Position numbers and translations under genes: made by a program. This document shows, piece after piece, positions 17,201 through 25,850 of a stretch of DNA of 64,000 nucleotides (the first letter of the stretch is position 1; each line of letters begins with the position of its first letter). Origin of the DNA: Chloroflexota bacterium (GTDB lineage: Bacteria; Chloroflexota; UBA11872; VXOZ01); the NCBI GenBank assembly GCA_963662335.2, contig CAXXVD010000002.1:498062-562061 (forward strand). Direction: 5' to 3'. Below the pieces are notes generated by a model. The model was not told the DNA's origin and ran no database searches. It saw only the letters and a program-made list of their open reading frames with translations.

Positions 17201-17990
17201 GGTGGCCGGGCGCATCGAGTCCGTGCGCAGGATATTCACGCGCAAACAGGAGTACATGGCGGCGGTCGTGCTGGAAGATGAAAGCGGCCAGATTGGGGTG
17301 ACGGTCTTTCCCAAGGCCTACGCGGAACACGCCGCGCTGCTGACGAACGGCGCGTTCGTGGTGGTGCGGGGGCGGGTGGAGTTGGATAGCCGCGACGACG
17401 TGCTGCGGGTGTTGGCGGAGAACGTGCGGCCTTTGGACGATGCCGCTGCGGCCGGGGAGCCGGTGGCAAAAGAAAGTGGCGCCGCGCAACCGGCGTGGAA
17501 CAACGCGCAGCCGCCGGCGGAGAGCGCGGCGGCTACACCGTCCGCGCGGGAAGACGGCCTGCCCGATTGGGTGCTGGACGGCAACGAAACTGCGGCGGAA
17601 GCGCCCGCCGCCGGTAACGAAGCCGGGGCCGGTGAACCGGAGCCTGCGCCGGCCGAGGAGGAAACCGCCGCGCCGGCCGCGCCCGCAGAAAGCTATCAGG
17701 ATGTCTCACCGGATACCCAGCCGGCAGCAGCGGCGCCCGCGTCCAATGGGCCGGAGGTGGAACTGGTGCTCCAGCGCACTGACGATGACGCGCGGGACTT
17801 GCAGCGCTTGCAGCAGCTTGCCGAGGTACTGACCCGCAATCCCGGCGACCTGCGCGTGACGTTGCGGATCGTGCTCAACGGCGTGCAGGCGCGTATCGAC
17901 ACGCACGATCGCATCGCGCTCACGCCGGCGGTGGAGGACGAGATCGAGGGGCTGCTGGGCACCGCTCCCATGCGAAAGCCGGGCGCGTGA
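14277..17990 (+). CDS. dnaE: DNA polymerase III alpha subunit
   Basis: MKQFTHLHLHSHYSLLDGMSRMPELMERAKELGF is a PHP domain. The polymerase core includes TMPDIDVD, FLGLRNLT and GVFQLES. ATG 14277 chosen over the ORF-track start 14106, which runs into the repeat array. Confidence 0.95.
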   Translation: MKQFTHLHLHSHYSLLDGMSRMPELMERAKELGFAAIGLTDHGVLYGAIEFYEEARSRGIKPIIGCEVYVAARTRHDKEPKLDDRQYHLTLLAKNNQGYSNLVKLATQAQLEGFYYKPRVDRELLEQYHEGLICLSGCPSGEIPRALQDGNEEKARETAQFYRELFGPENFYIEIQDHGMAWEQEVATKLVALARELDLPLVATNDGHYTRREDAEAHDVLMCIQTNSKVTDENRMRMETEEFYLRSADEMWERFADLPEALENTMKIAEACNVELALDQRILPHFEVPAGHDERSYLHEICTAGLAKLYPEADANAQERLEYELDVIGEMGFSSYLLIAADFVNWAKEQGIPTTVRGSAAGSLVCYTAGITDIDPLHYGLIFERFLNPSRYTMPDIDVDLMDVRRDEVIEYVTAKYGADHVAQIITFGTMKARAAVRDVGRALGMSYGEVDRVAKLIPMMSTVTEALQAAPELKDLMEDEPQVKRLLGLAERLEGVARHASTHAAGVVISREPLTEYVPLQRNVGDDGVMTQFEMNAIEKIGLLKMDFLGLRNLTVLDRAVRFIAQTRGEALDLKQIPLDDGTTFELLSSGETTGVFQLESDGMRRYVKELQPDRIEDVMALVALYRPGPMAYIPQYVARRHGREEASARHPLMSAVLERTYGIMVYQEDVMAVAQAVAGYTLAEADKLCYAVRKKIAHELQEHRQRFVAGAVENGLAKRLAEAIFDDFEPFARYGFNQAHATCYGTIAYQTAYLKANYPTEYMTAVLSTELGNTDRIIEVVRECGRLDVKVSPPNVNESESSFAVREGTVYFGLAAVKNVGTAAAEAIAAERAEGPYQDFYDFCVRIDQRVVNRRALESLIKVGALDTMGERAALLASLDDVLPATQRAQNASNQGPTLFETFLGEEQAAELTSFTLPKTDPATPEEKGLWEKELLGDYLSESPFKAHSAQLRAAADTTAAEITREKENRRVTVAGRIESVRRIFTRKQEYMAAVVLEDESGQIGVTVFPKAYAEHAALLTNGAFVVVRGRVELDSRDDVLRVLAENVRPLDDAAAAGEPVAKESGAAQPAWNNAQPPAESAAATPSAREDGLPDWVLDGNETAAEAPAAGNEAGAGEPEPAPAEEETAAPAAPAESYQDVSPDTQPAAAAPASNGPEVELVLQRTDDDARDLQRLQQLAEVLTRNPGDLRVTLRIVLNGVQARIDTHDRIALTPAVEDEIEGLLGTAPMRKPGA

Positions 17991-19021
17991 GCAGCGGCGC
18001 GCTCTATTCGCGACCGTTTGACTGCGGCGCGGCGGCGCTCCGCATCGGCGCGTTGTGCGTCTTGCTGGTGTTCTGCGGCGCATTCCCGCCGCCGCTCGGC
18101 GCATCCGCGCGCGCAAACGCCGCGGCAACCGCGGTAGGCGAGGAAGCGCGCTCTCCCAGGCAAGAGGGACGGGGTGAAGGCGCCGCGCGCTCGGCCCGGC
18201 CCGACCTGCGCGCCGGGGAGCGCTTCACCGTATTGCTGGTCGGCCTCGACCGGCGGCAGCCCACGGAACAGTCGCGCAGCGACGTCATCATGCTGCTCAG
18301 CATCGAGCGCAAGAGCCGCTCGCTCTCGCTGCTCTCGATTCCGCGCGACCTCTGGGTAACCATCCCCGGCTATGGCTGGTACCGGGTCAACGCGGCATAT
18401 TTCTTTGGCGAGGTCTACCAGGGCGATGGGCCGGCGTTGGCGCGCCGGACGGTTGAGGCGGTCTTCGACGTGCCTATACATGCCGTGGCGGCGGTTGACT
18501 TTGCTTCCTTCACCGCCCTCGTCGACGCCTTTGGCGGGGTTGACGTAACGGTTGCCAAGACCCTCGTCGACGACCGGTATCCCACGCTGGACTACGGCTA
18601 CACGCGCATCGTCATTCCCGAGGGCGTGCAGCACATGGACGGCGCCACGGCGCTGGTCTACGCCCGCACGCGCCACCCGGACAACGACTTCAAGCGCATG
18701 GGCCGCCAGCAAAACTTCATGCTCGCGGCGCGGACGAAACTCTTTGCGGAAGAGTCGATCCGCGCGTTCCCCCTCCTCTACAAGCAGTTCAATGAGGTAA
18801 TCGAGACCGACCTCACGCCGGGCGAGCAACTCTACTTGCTGCGCGACCTCTACCTGCTGCGCGACGCGCCGGTCAAGGCGCGTGTCATCGAGCCGCCTTT
18901 GGTCTACAACTACGTGACGGCCGGCGGCGCGCACGTGCTGCTGCCGGATTGGGAGCGCGTGCGGCCGATCATCGACGAGCTATTCGGCGGCGCGGTTGAG
19001 GAGCCGGCGGCCGCGGAGTGA
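17987..19021 (+). CDS. LytR-CpsA-Psr (LCP) family protein
   Basis: FTVLLVGLDRR....RSDVIMLLSI....LSLLSIPRDLWVTIPGYGWYRVNAAY and VYARTRHPDNDFKRMGRQQ are LCP signatures. The GTG start overlaps the dnaE stop (GTGA). Confidence 0.85.
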   Translation: MSSGALYSRPFDCGAAALRIGALCVLLVFCGAFPPPLGASARANAAATAVGEEARSPRQEGRGEGAARSARPDLRAGERFTVLLVGLDRRQPTEQSRSDVIMLLSIERKSRSLSLLSIPRDLWVTIPGYGWYRVNAAYFFGEVYQGDGPALARRTVEAVFDVPIHAVAAVDFASFTALVDAFGGVDVTVAKTLVDDRYPTLDYGYTRIVIPEGVQHMDGATALVYARTRHPDNDFKRMGRQQNFMLAARTKLFAEESIRAFPLLYKQFNEVIETDLTPGEQLYLLRDLYLLRDAPVKARVIEPPLVYNYVTAGGAHVLLPDWERVRPIIDELFGGAVEEPAAAE

Positions 19022-19129
19022 AAGACGATGCGGCTGCCGCCTGAATGCCGCGCGTTGCGTAACCGTCGCTGCCCCGAAAACAGCGGCGGTTACGCAAAGC
19101 TCCTGGCGTTGAACCTCTGGCGGGATGGG

Positions 19130-19157
19130 GTAGGGGCACGACATGTCGTGCCCCTAC
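19130..19157. repeat. repeat family E perfect palindrome
   Basis: GTAGGGGCACGACATGTCGTGCCCCTAC. Identical copies at 41017 and 62481. Confidence 0.9.
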
Positions 19158-19224
19158 CCCGTCCCTGGCGTGGGACAACCTTTCGCGCGACCAGGATGGG
19201 ATAGGCGGGCGGGGGACAAGCCCC

Positions 19225-19457
19225 AATGTTGTCGCATTAACGTAGCGCGGGGGCTTGTCCCCCGCCGGTGTGCAAGGCACGGAGGGCGATCGCCGAAGGT
19301 TTCCCTCCGGCGGATGACGCCAACCTCTTGACCTTAGGAAGACGCAGGTTGCAAACCTGCGCTACCGGAGAAGACCTGCGCTACCGGAGAATTTGTACGC
19401 GAGCTTTGCCGTAGTTCTGTTTAATGCCACAGCATTGGGGACAAGCCCTGGCGCTAC
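19225..19457 (+). repeat. composite repeat block, left copy (G-A-unique77-C-G'-A')
   Basis: AATGTTGTCGCATTAAC + REP-A (19242-19265) + a 77-nt segment + REP-C (19343-19368, with a 19-nt duplication) + TTTAATGCCACAGCATT + a degenerate REP-A (19437-19457). About 88-90% identical by eye to the reverse complement of 21870-22114. Confidence 0.85.
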
Positions 19458-19531
19458 GGGGATGCGCAACGTAGGCGGGGGACAAGCCCCCGCGCTACGA
19501 GGATGCGTGAGGCAGTGGCGTCCAAAGGGGG

Positions 19532-19604
19532 AGCGGGAGACGGGACTCGAACCCGCGACATCCAGCTTGGAAGGCTAGCGCTCTGCCAACTGAGCTACTC
19601 CCGC
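19532..19604 (-). tRNA. tRNA-Gly (anticodon UCC)
   Basis: GCGGGAG-UA-GCUC-AGUUGGC-AGAGC-G-CUAGC-CUUCCAA-GCUGG-AUGUC-GCGGG-UUCGAGU-CCCGU-CUCCCGC-U. The cloverleaf folds by hand. CCA is not encoded. Confidence 0.93.
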
Positions 19605-19735
19605 AGTGCGCTCCGCGCCTCTCCAGTATAGCCCAGCGGCCGGCGCGGTGAAATGGGATTCGGCGCGCCGGGCGGGTGTTTCACGGCTCTCCCGCCGCGC
19701 GACGGTTCGCGCCGCCGCTCTGCCGGCGAGGCGGC

Positions 19736-19763
19736 TTGCGGCGGCGGCGCGATGCGGTATAAT
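19736..19763 (+). promoter_or_regulatory. putative promoter giving a leaderless or near-leaderless transcript
   Basis: TTGCGG, 16 nt, TATAAT (19758-19763), with the ATG at 19773 only 9 nt after the -10. Confidence 0.4.
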
Positions 19764-19772
19764 CCAGATACT

Positions 19773-20126
19773 ATGAAACGGCAATGGTCCGGACAGCGTC
19801 GCTGGGGCGCGTACGTCTTGCGGCTCCTCACGGAGCGCCCGCGCGAACTCATCGAGCCGTCGATCGACGAGAGTCCCGTGCCCGGGTGGGTGTTGATCTG
19901 GTCGTTGATCCTCATCAAGCTCTTCATCGGCGGCGCAATTCTCTTCTTCTTCAGCGCGGAAGAATCACTCATCTTCGTCATTGGCACCCATTGGATGGCG
20001 CCGGCGGCGATCGTGGCGCTGCTCTTGCCGCTGGGCGTCTATTGGGCGCGGCTGTGGCGAATGCGGCTGCGGCGCGCTGAGTTGCAGCGCGCCGAATGGC
20101 ACGTCGAGCGGCCGCGCAAACGGTAG
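19773..20126 (+). CDS. small membrane protein, hypothetical
   Basis: 117 aa with two hydrophobic segments (WVLIWSLILIKLFIGGAILFFF; MAPAAIVALLLPLGVYWA). ATG 19773 chosen inside the longer ORF-track frame. Confidence 0.5.
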   Translation: MKRQWSGQRRWGAYVLRLLTERPRELIEPSIDESPVPGWVLIWSLILIKLFIGGAILFFFSAEESLIFVIGTHWMAPAAIVALLLPLGVYWARLWRMRLRRAELQRAEWHVERPRKR

Positions 20127-20390
20127 GATTCCATTTCGTATCGCGCTCGGGAATGCCGCCGGCAAGAGATTGAGTTTCACTCGCCGCGCCGTACAAGCGC
20201 CGCAAAGCGGCAATAGCCGCTCGCCACTTGACTACCGCGCCCGCTTAGACTATGCTTACGCTGCAAGCATGGGGTGAATCCCATGTGTGGTTGTTTGTGG
20301 AGAAGACCCCGTTTGTTAGGGGTACATCCTCTGTTCTCAGGTGCGAGTGTGGAAACAGGGGAAGCGTATGCCACTACAGGAGGTTTGAGC

Positions 20391-21749
20391 ATGCGAAAGA
20401 GGTTGTCCCGCCGGACGTTTCTCGGCGGAAGCGCGCTGACCGGCGCGGGGCTGCTGCTGGCGGCCTGCGGCGCGCAGCCGGTGGCAATGGAAGAGGCGCC
20501 GGCTGAGGAAGAGGCGAAGGAAGAGCCGAAGCCCGCAGCGCAGGAAGAGGCCAAGGCGCCTGAAGCCGCAGTGGTCAACTACCTGCACGTGGACCTGGCC
20601 CAGAACGAGATCTGGCAGAACTCCTGGGGTAACATCTTCGATACCTTCGCGGAGAAACATCCGGACCTCGAACTGACCGTAACCGGCACGAGCTTTGGCG
20701 AACTGCCGGCCAAGGCCGGCGCGGCACAGGCCGGCGGCATCGCGTTCGACGCGGTGTACGGCTACTTTGCCTGGTTGGGCCCGTTCATCGAATCCGAGAT
20801 TATTACGAATCTCGACCCCTTCCTGGCCGCGGACGCCGACGTCTCTGCCGATGACTTCTATCCGGCCACGACAGAGAAATACCAGGGCAAGATCTACGGC
20901 TTTGCCTGGTTCAGCAACGGCAAAGAGATTTGGTTCAACAAGAATCTCTTCACCGAAGCCGGCCTGAAGAATCCGGCCGAGAAGGAAGCCGACGGCGAGT
21001 GGACCTGGGATGCGCTGCTGGAAGACGCCAAGTTGCTGACCAAGATGGAAGGCGACGAAATCGTGCAGGGCGGCGTGCGGCTCTACGCCGGGTACACGTC
21101 CTACCTTTGCATGTACGTCTGGGCGTACGGCGCGGACTTTTGGGACGAGGGCTGCACGGCCCCGACGTTTACGTCCGACGCGTTCCGCGAAGCGGTGCAG
21201 TTCCACGTGGACGTGGCCCTGAAGCACAAGGTCATGGGCGGCTCGTACACGGAGGGCACCCAGGCCATGTTCAACACCGGCTCGTTCAACGTGCGCACCT
21301 TCGAGGCGCAGATCACGCCGAACAATCTCTTCGAGATTGGCATGGCGCCGATGCCGAACGGACCGCAAGGGCGCGTCATCGCGCTGGCGAACAACGCCAT
21401 GTACCTCGGCGGCTCCGGTGTGAATCCCGACGGCGGCTGGGAGTTCCTGAAGCATACGTTCAGCGCCGACGTGGTTGACGCCGTGGCGGCGATGGGCGGC
21501 GGGCGCTACGTGGCCAACAAGAACGTTACGCCGGCCACGACCACCGACTACGAAAACGTCGACGTCTATCTCATGCAGGCTGCCAACAGCCGCATTACCC
21601 CCACGATCCTGAAGCAGTCCGAGTTCAACGCGGGCTGGCGGGAGACCTGGGACGAGATGGTCGCCGGCACGCTGACGGTGCCCGAGGGCCTGGAGCGCAC
21701 GCAGGGTCAGTTGGAGAACTGGCTGGCCGAGGGCGGCTGCATCCAGTAA
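20391..21749 (+). CDS. ABC transporter extracellular solute-binding protein (sugar type), orphan
   Basis: ATG after ACAGGAGG. Tat/lipoprotein signal MRKRLSRRTFLGGSALTGAGLLLAACG, an E/A/K-rich linker, then a family-1 SBP-like body. No permease or ATPase genes adjacent. Confidence 0.8.
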   Translation: MRKRLSRRTFLGGSALTGAGLLLAACGAQPVAMEEAPAEEEAKEEPKPAAQEEAKAPEAAVVNYLHVDLAQNEIWQNSWGNIFDTFAEKHPDLELTVTGTSFGELPAKAGAAQAGGIAFDAVYGYFAWLGPFIESEIITNLDPFLAADADVSADDFYPATTEKYQGKIYGFAWFSNGKEIWFNKNLFTEAGLKNPAEKEADGEWTWDALLEDAKLLTKMEGDEIVQGGVRLYAGYTSYLCMYVWAYGADFWDEGCTAPTFTSDAFREAVQFHVDVALKHKVMGGSYTEGTQAMFNTGSFNVRTFEAQITPNNLFEIGMAPMPNGPQGRVIALANNAMYLGGSGVNPDGGWEFLKHTFSADVVDAVAAMGGGRYVANKNVTPATTTDYENVDVYLMQAANSRITPTILKQSEFNAGWRETWDEMVAGTLTVPEGLERTQGQLENWLAEGGCIQ

Positions 21750-21869
21750 GCGACGAAGACTGTTCGACGCCTAATGCGCCGAAAGCAGAGGCGGAGCACC
21801 CCCGCATGGGGGCGCTCCGCCTCTTTCACTTGATGTCGCGGCGGTTAGGAGTGATCCTGGCGGCCGGGT

Positions 21870-22114
21870 GTAGCGCGGGGGCTTGTCCCCCGCCGGGATG
21901 GTGTAGGGGCGGTTCGCGAACTAATGCTGTCGCATTAGACAGAACGACGGCAAAACTCGCGTCCAGAATCCCCGGTAGCGCAGGTTTGCAACCTGCGTCA
22001 TGGTAGGGTCAAGAGGTTGGCGTTGTCTGCCGGAGGGAAACTTTCGGCAATCGCCCTTCGTGCCTTGCACACTGGCGGGGGACAAGCCCCCGCGCTACGT
22101 TAATGCGACAGCAT
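21870..22114 (-). repeat. composite repeat block, right copy (inverted relative to 19225-19457)
   Basis: REP-A (21870-21893), half of family F (21903-21921), TAATGCTGTCGCATTA, REP-C (21972-21997), the 77-nt segment, REP-A (22075-22098) and GTTAATGCGACAGCATC. The reverse complement aligns block-for-block with 19225-19457. Confidence 0.85.
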
Positions 22115-22189
22115 CAGTTCGCGAACCGCCCCTGCGTCTTGGCAAGGAAAATGGCGCGTAACCCCACCCTAGAAGCGGTTTCTCGAACT

Positions 22190-22258
22190 GTCATTCCGAG
22201 CGCAGCGAGGAATCTAGGGACGCTAACACCCTAGACTCCTCGCTACGCTCGGAGTGAC
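22190..22258. repeat. family-B double-arm hairpin, short-loop variant
   Basis: GTCATTCCGAGCGCAGCGAGGAATCTAGGGACGCTAACACCCTAGACTCCTCGCTACGCTCGGAGTGAC. Confidence 0.85.
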
Positions 22259-22487
22259 ATGACACGCAGCCCCGCAAAGCTATCACGTCTGGCTCTATTG
22301 AATCCGCGAAAATCCCACGTGACTTTATTCACAATCTTCGCTATAATGCCTCAGTTGTAAATGCGCCGGCTTGGACCGGTTTGTACGCCTGTGGATTCTT
22401 TCCCTTGGCGCCGCTCATGGCTGCCGGGGAACTTCAGCGAACGAGCGAGAGACCGGCGCGGCGCGTGCAAGGGAGGCGAGGTAAACA

Positions 22488-23570
22488 GTGATTCCGGCTG
22501 CGCGAAAAGCCGTCCAGGAGATGTCGCCCTATGTGCCTGGGGAGCAGCCCCAGGGCGCGGGCTGGACGAAACTCAACACGAACGAGAATCCCTACACCTC
22601 GCCCAAGGCGCTGGCGGCGCTGGAAGGCCAGGCCTCGCAGGCGCTTTCGCGCTATCCCGATCCGTTGGCGCGGGACTTGCGGCAGAAGTTAGCCGAAATC
22701 TACGAAATCGACGTCGACTGGATCTACGTTGATAACGGCTCGGACCAGATTCTCAACCTCACCTTTCGCGCCTACGTAGACCGGGGCCAGACCGTGGCCT
22801 ACACCTTTCCCACGTACCCCTATTACGAAGTGTGGGCGCACATGCAGGACGCGGAAATCCAGACGGTCGCGCCGGGGCCGGAATTTGCCGTGCCCATCGA
22901 CGAACTGGCCGGTTTGCAGGCCACGCTTACGGCAATTTCCAACCCGAATTCGCCCACCGGCACGTTCACGCCGCCCGCGGACATCGAGCGTTTGGCGCAG
23001 CAGTGTGACGGTTTGGTGGTCGTGGACGAGGCGTACGTGGACTTCGCGGCGGCCTCCGTCTTGCCCCTGGTGCGGCAGTATGACAACATTATCGTGTCGC
23101 GGAGCATGTCCAAGTCGTTCGGTCTCGCCGGAGTCCGTGTTGGATTTGCCTTCGGACAGCCCGAACTCCTGGAGCCGCTGTGGAAGCTGCGCGACTCATA
23201 CAGCGTCAGCCGCCCCAGCCAGGCAATTGCGGTGGCGACGCTGGACGACTACGACTGGATGCGGACGGTCTGCGCGGAGATCGGCGCGCGCCGGGAGCGG
23301 GTGGCGCGGCGGCTGGCGCGGGAGTTTCCCTGCATTGTCTATCCCTCGGACGCGAACTTCCTCTTCGTCGAGCCGACGCAGCACGCGGCGGCGGACGTTT
23401 TCGAGGCCTTGAAAGCGCAAAAGGTGCTGGTGCGCTACTTCCGCCAACACGGTTTGGAGCGCTACCTGCGTATCACGATTGGGACCGAAGAAGAGATGGA
23501 AACATTCTTCAGCGCCCTCAATGCGGTGTTGGAGCAAAGTCTAGTGCCAATCACGGGAGGTACAGAGTAA
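22488..23570 (+). CDS. hisC: histidinol-phosphate aminotransferase
   Basis: SPYVPGEQP....KLNTNENPY, VVDEAYVDF, and SRSMSKSFGLAGVRVGF (PLP lysine). Confidence 0.9.
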   Translation: MIPAARKAVQEMSPYVPGEQPQGAGWTKLNTNENPYTSPKALAALEGQASQALSRYPDPLARDLRQKLAEIYEIDVDWIYVDNGSDQILNLTFRAYVDRGQTVAYTFPTYPYYEVWAHMQDAEIQTVAPGPEFAVPIDELAGLQATLTAISNPNSPTGTFTPPADIERLAQQCDGLVVVDEAYVDFAAASVLPLVRQYDNIIVSRSMSKSFGLAGVRVGFAFGQPELLEPLWKLRDSYSVSRPSQAIAVATLDDYDWMRTVCAEIGARRERVARRLAREFPCIVYPSDANFLFVEPTQHAAADVFEALKAQKVLVRYFRQHGLERYLRITIGTEEEMETFFSALNAVLEQSLVPITGGTE

Positions 23571-23571
23571 C

Positions 23572-25683
23572 GTGGAACTTGTCTGGTCAGTGCCGATCGC
23601 CTGTCTGATTTCGGTAATCTTCGCCATTTGGCTCGCGTACGACGTGTTGCGCCGCGACCGCGGTTCGGCGCAGATGCAGGAGATTGCCGGCATGATCTAC
23701 GAAGGCGCAACCGCCTTCCTCAACCGGCAATACCGCACTATCGCCGTTTTGGCGATAGTGGCGGCAATCGTGATTGGCGCCATCATCGGCTACTTCGCGT
23801 CCGACACGGAACTCGGCATCAAGACTGCGGTAGCCTTCCTGGTTGGCGCGATTTGTTCCGGCATCTCCGGCTTCGTCGGCATGCACATCGCGGTGCAGTC
23901 CAACGGCCGCGCCGCCAACGCCGCCCGCTCCAGCCTGGAAGAGGCGCTGAAGGTCTCGCTGCGCGGCGGCGCGGTCTCCGGTTTTCTCGTCGTGGCGCTG
24001 AGCCTGATTGGCGTCGGCGCGATGCTGCTCATCTACGGCGGCAATAACCTCACCCCGGAGAATTCCCTCTCGATTGTGAGCAGCATCGTAGGGTTCGGCT
24101 TTGGCGCGAGCTTCGTGGCGCTGTTCGCGCAGCTTGGCGGCGGCATCTACACCAAAGCCGCCGACGTGGGCGCGGACCTGGTCGGCAAGGTGGAACAGGG
24201 CATCCCGGAAGACGACCCGCGCAACGCGGCTGTGGTGGCCGACCTGGTGGGCGACAACGTGGGCGACTGCGCCGGCCGCGGCGCCGACCTCTTCGAGTCC
24301 ACGGCCGCCGAGAACATCGGCGCGATGATCCTCGGCGCGAGCCTGGCGGTGGCGACGAATAACCTGGCGTGGGTGCTCTTCCCGCTCATCGTGCGCGCGT
24401 TTGGGCTGGTGGCGTCTATCGTCGGTGTCATATTGGCACGAGGGGCTAATCCCGAGAACCCCATGAATGCCCTCAACAAGGGCTACTACGTCATTACGGC
24501 GCTTTCGATCGTCTTCATGTTCGTCTCGGTCTACTACCTGCTGGAAGACCTGATGTTCTTCTGGGCGGGTACCGTCGGCATTCTGACCAGCCTCGCATTT
24601 GTGTACATCACGCAGTACTACACCTCCGGTAGCTGGCGGCCGGTAAAGGAAATCGCGGAGGCCTCCCGCACTGGCCCGGCCACGAACATCATCAGCGGCT
24701 TTGCGATCGGCCTGGAAACTACTGCCACGTCGGTGCTGGCGATTGCCGTGGCGCTGGGCCTCTCGTTCTGGCTCGGCACGCTGGCCGAGGTGGAGGGCGT
24801 GAGCGCGGCGGTGAAGGGCATCTACGCCACTGCGGTAGCGACCATGGGCATGCTCATGAGCGCGGCCTACGTGCTCTCGATGGATACCTTCGGGCCGATT
24901 ACGGACAACGCCGGCGGCATCACCGAGATGTCCGACGCGCCGGAAGAGGCGCGGGTGATTACCGACCAACTGGACTCGGTCGGCAACACGACCAAGGCGC
25001 TCACCAAGGGCTACGCCATCGGCTCGGCCGGTCTGGCGGCGTTCCTGCTCTTCCAGGCCTTTCTGGATGAGGTGCGCCACAAGCTGGACCTGCCCCACGA
25101 GGCGATCCAGGTGGACCTGGTGAAGGTGGAGGTCTTCATTGGCGGCTTCATTGGCGCGATGGTGGTCTTCCTCTTTAGCGCGCTGGCGATTCGCGCCGTG
25201 GGGCGCGCGGCCAGCGACATCATCGAGGAGGTGCGCCGCCAGTTCGCTGAGAACCCCGGCATCATGGAGGGCACGGAGCGGCCCGACTACGCCCGCTGCG
25301 TGGACATTACGACCCGCTCGGCCCTGCGCGAGATGATTGTGCCGGGCGTGCTGGCGGTTGCCGCGCCCATCGTCGTCGGCGTCGCTTTGCGCTGGGAGGC
25401 GGAGGCGGCCTTCCTGATGGTGGGTACCATGTCCGGCATCATCCTGGCAACTATCCTCAACAACGGCGGCGGCGCGTGGGACAACGCCAAGAAGTTCATC
25501 GAGGCGGGCAACCTCAAGGACGCCGACGGCAACGTAATCGGCAAGAACACCGTGGCGCACCACGCGGCGGTGGTGGGCGATACCGTGGGCGATCCTTTGA
25601 AGGACACGGCGGGTCCGTCGTTGCACGTGCTCATCAAGCTCTTCTCCACGATTACGCTGGTGCTGGCGCCGCTGTTCATCTAG
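23572..25683 (+). CDS. hppA: membrane-bound proton/sodium-translocating pyrophosphatase
   Basis: 703 aa polytopic protein. GGGIYTKAADVGADLVGKVE, DNVGDCAGRGADLFES, and GGAWDNAKKFIE...VGDTVGDPLKDTAGPSL. Confidence 0.95.
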   Translation: MELVWSVPIACLISVIFAIWLAYDVLRRDRGSAQMQEIAGMIYEGATAFLNRQYRTIAVLAIVAAIVIGAIIGYFASDTELGIKTAVAFLVGAICSGISGFVGMHIAVQSNGRAANAARSSLEEALKVSLRGGAVSGFLVVALSLIGVGAMLLIYGGNNLTPENSLSIVSSIVGFGFGASFVALFAQLGGGIYTKAADVGADLVGKVEQGIPEDDPRNAAVVADLVGDNVGDCAGRGADLFESTAAENIGAMILGASLAVATNNLAWVLFPLIVRAFGLVASIVGVILARGANPENPMNALNKGYYVITALSIVFMFVSVYYLLEDLMFFWAGTVGILTSLAFVYITQYYTSGSWRPVKEIAEASRTGPATNIISGFAIGLETTATSVLAIAVALGLSFWLGTLAEVEGVSAAVKGIYATAVATMGMLMSAAYVLSMDTFGPITDNAGGITEMSDAPEEARVITDQLDSVGNTTKALTKGYAIGSAGLAAFLLFQAFLDEVRHKLDLPHEAIQVDLVKVEVFIGGFIGAMVVFLFSALAIRAVGRAASDIIEEVRRQFAENPGIMEGTERPDYARCVDITTRSALREMIVPGVLAVAAPIVVGVALRWEAEAAFLMVGTMSGIILATILNNGGGAWDNAKKFIEAGNLKDADGNVIGKNTVAHHAAVVGDTVGDPLKDTAGPSLHVLIKLFSTITLVLAPLFI

Positions 25684-25730
25684 GGACGCCGGTTCTCGTG
25701 GGGTGACCTTGACAATAATATGGCAATTGC

Positions 25731-25758
25731 GTAGGGGCGGTTCGCGAACCGCCCCTAC
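25731..25758. repeat. repeat family F perfect palindrome
   Basis: GTAGGGGCGGTTCGCGAACCGCCCCTAC. Half copies at 21903-21921 and 22117-22135. Confidence 0.85.
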
Positions 25759-25850
25759 GTTGCGTTTGTCCACCCTTGCCCGGCCCAGATCGGCGGGCGA
25801 GACAAACACCTTTCCCCTGGCAAGGGATCGGTGAGCAAAAAAGTCAGCAT

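Noticed and set aside
17696-18934. 412-aa minus-strand ORF
   Set aside because: It is antisense to the dnaE 3' end and the LCP gene. It is a shadow frame.
22300-22487. Possible regulatory leader (T-box or attenuator) upstream of hisC after a TATAAT at 22343-22348
   Set aside because: I could find no T-box core, no His-codon-rich leader peptide and no clear terminator hairpin. Only the -10-like hexamer is visible.
23587-25809. 740-aa ORF on the minus strand
   Set aside because: It lies exactly antisense to the well-supported pyrophosphatase gene. Its Arg/Ala/Gly/His-rich composition is typical of stop-poor shadow frames in high-GC DNA.
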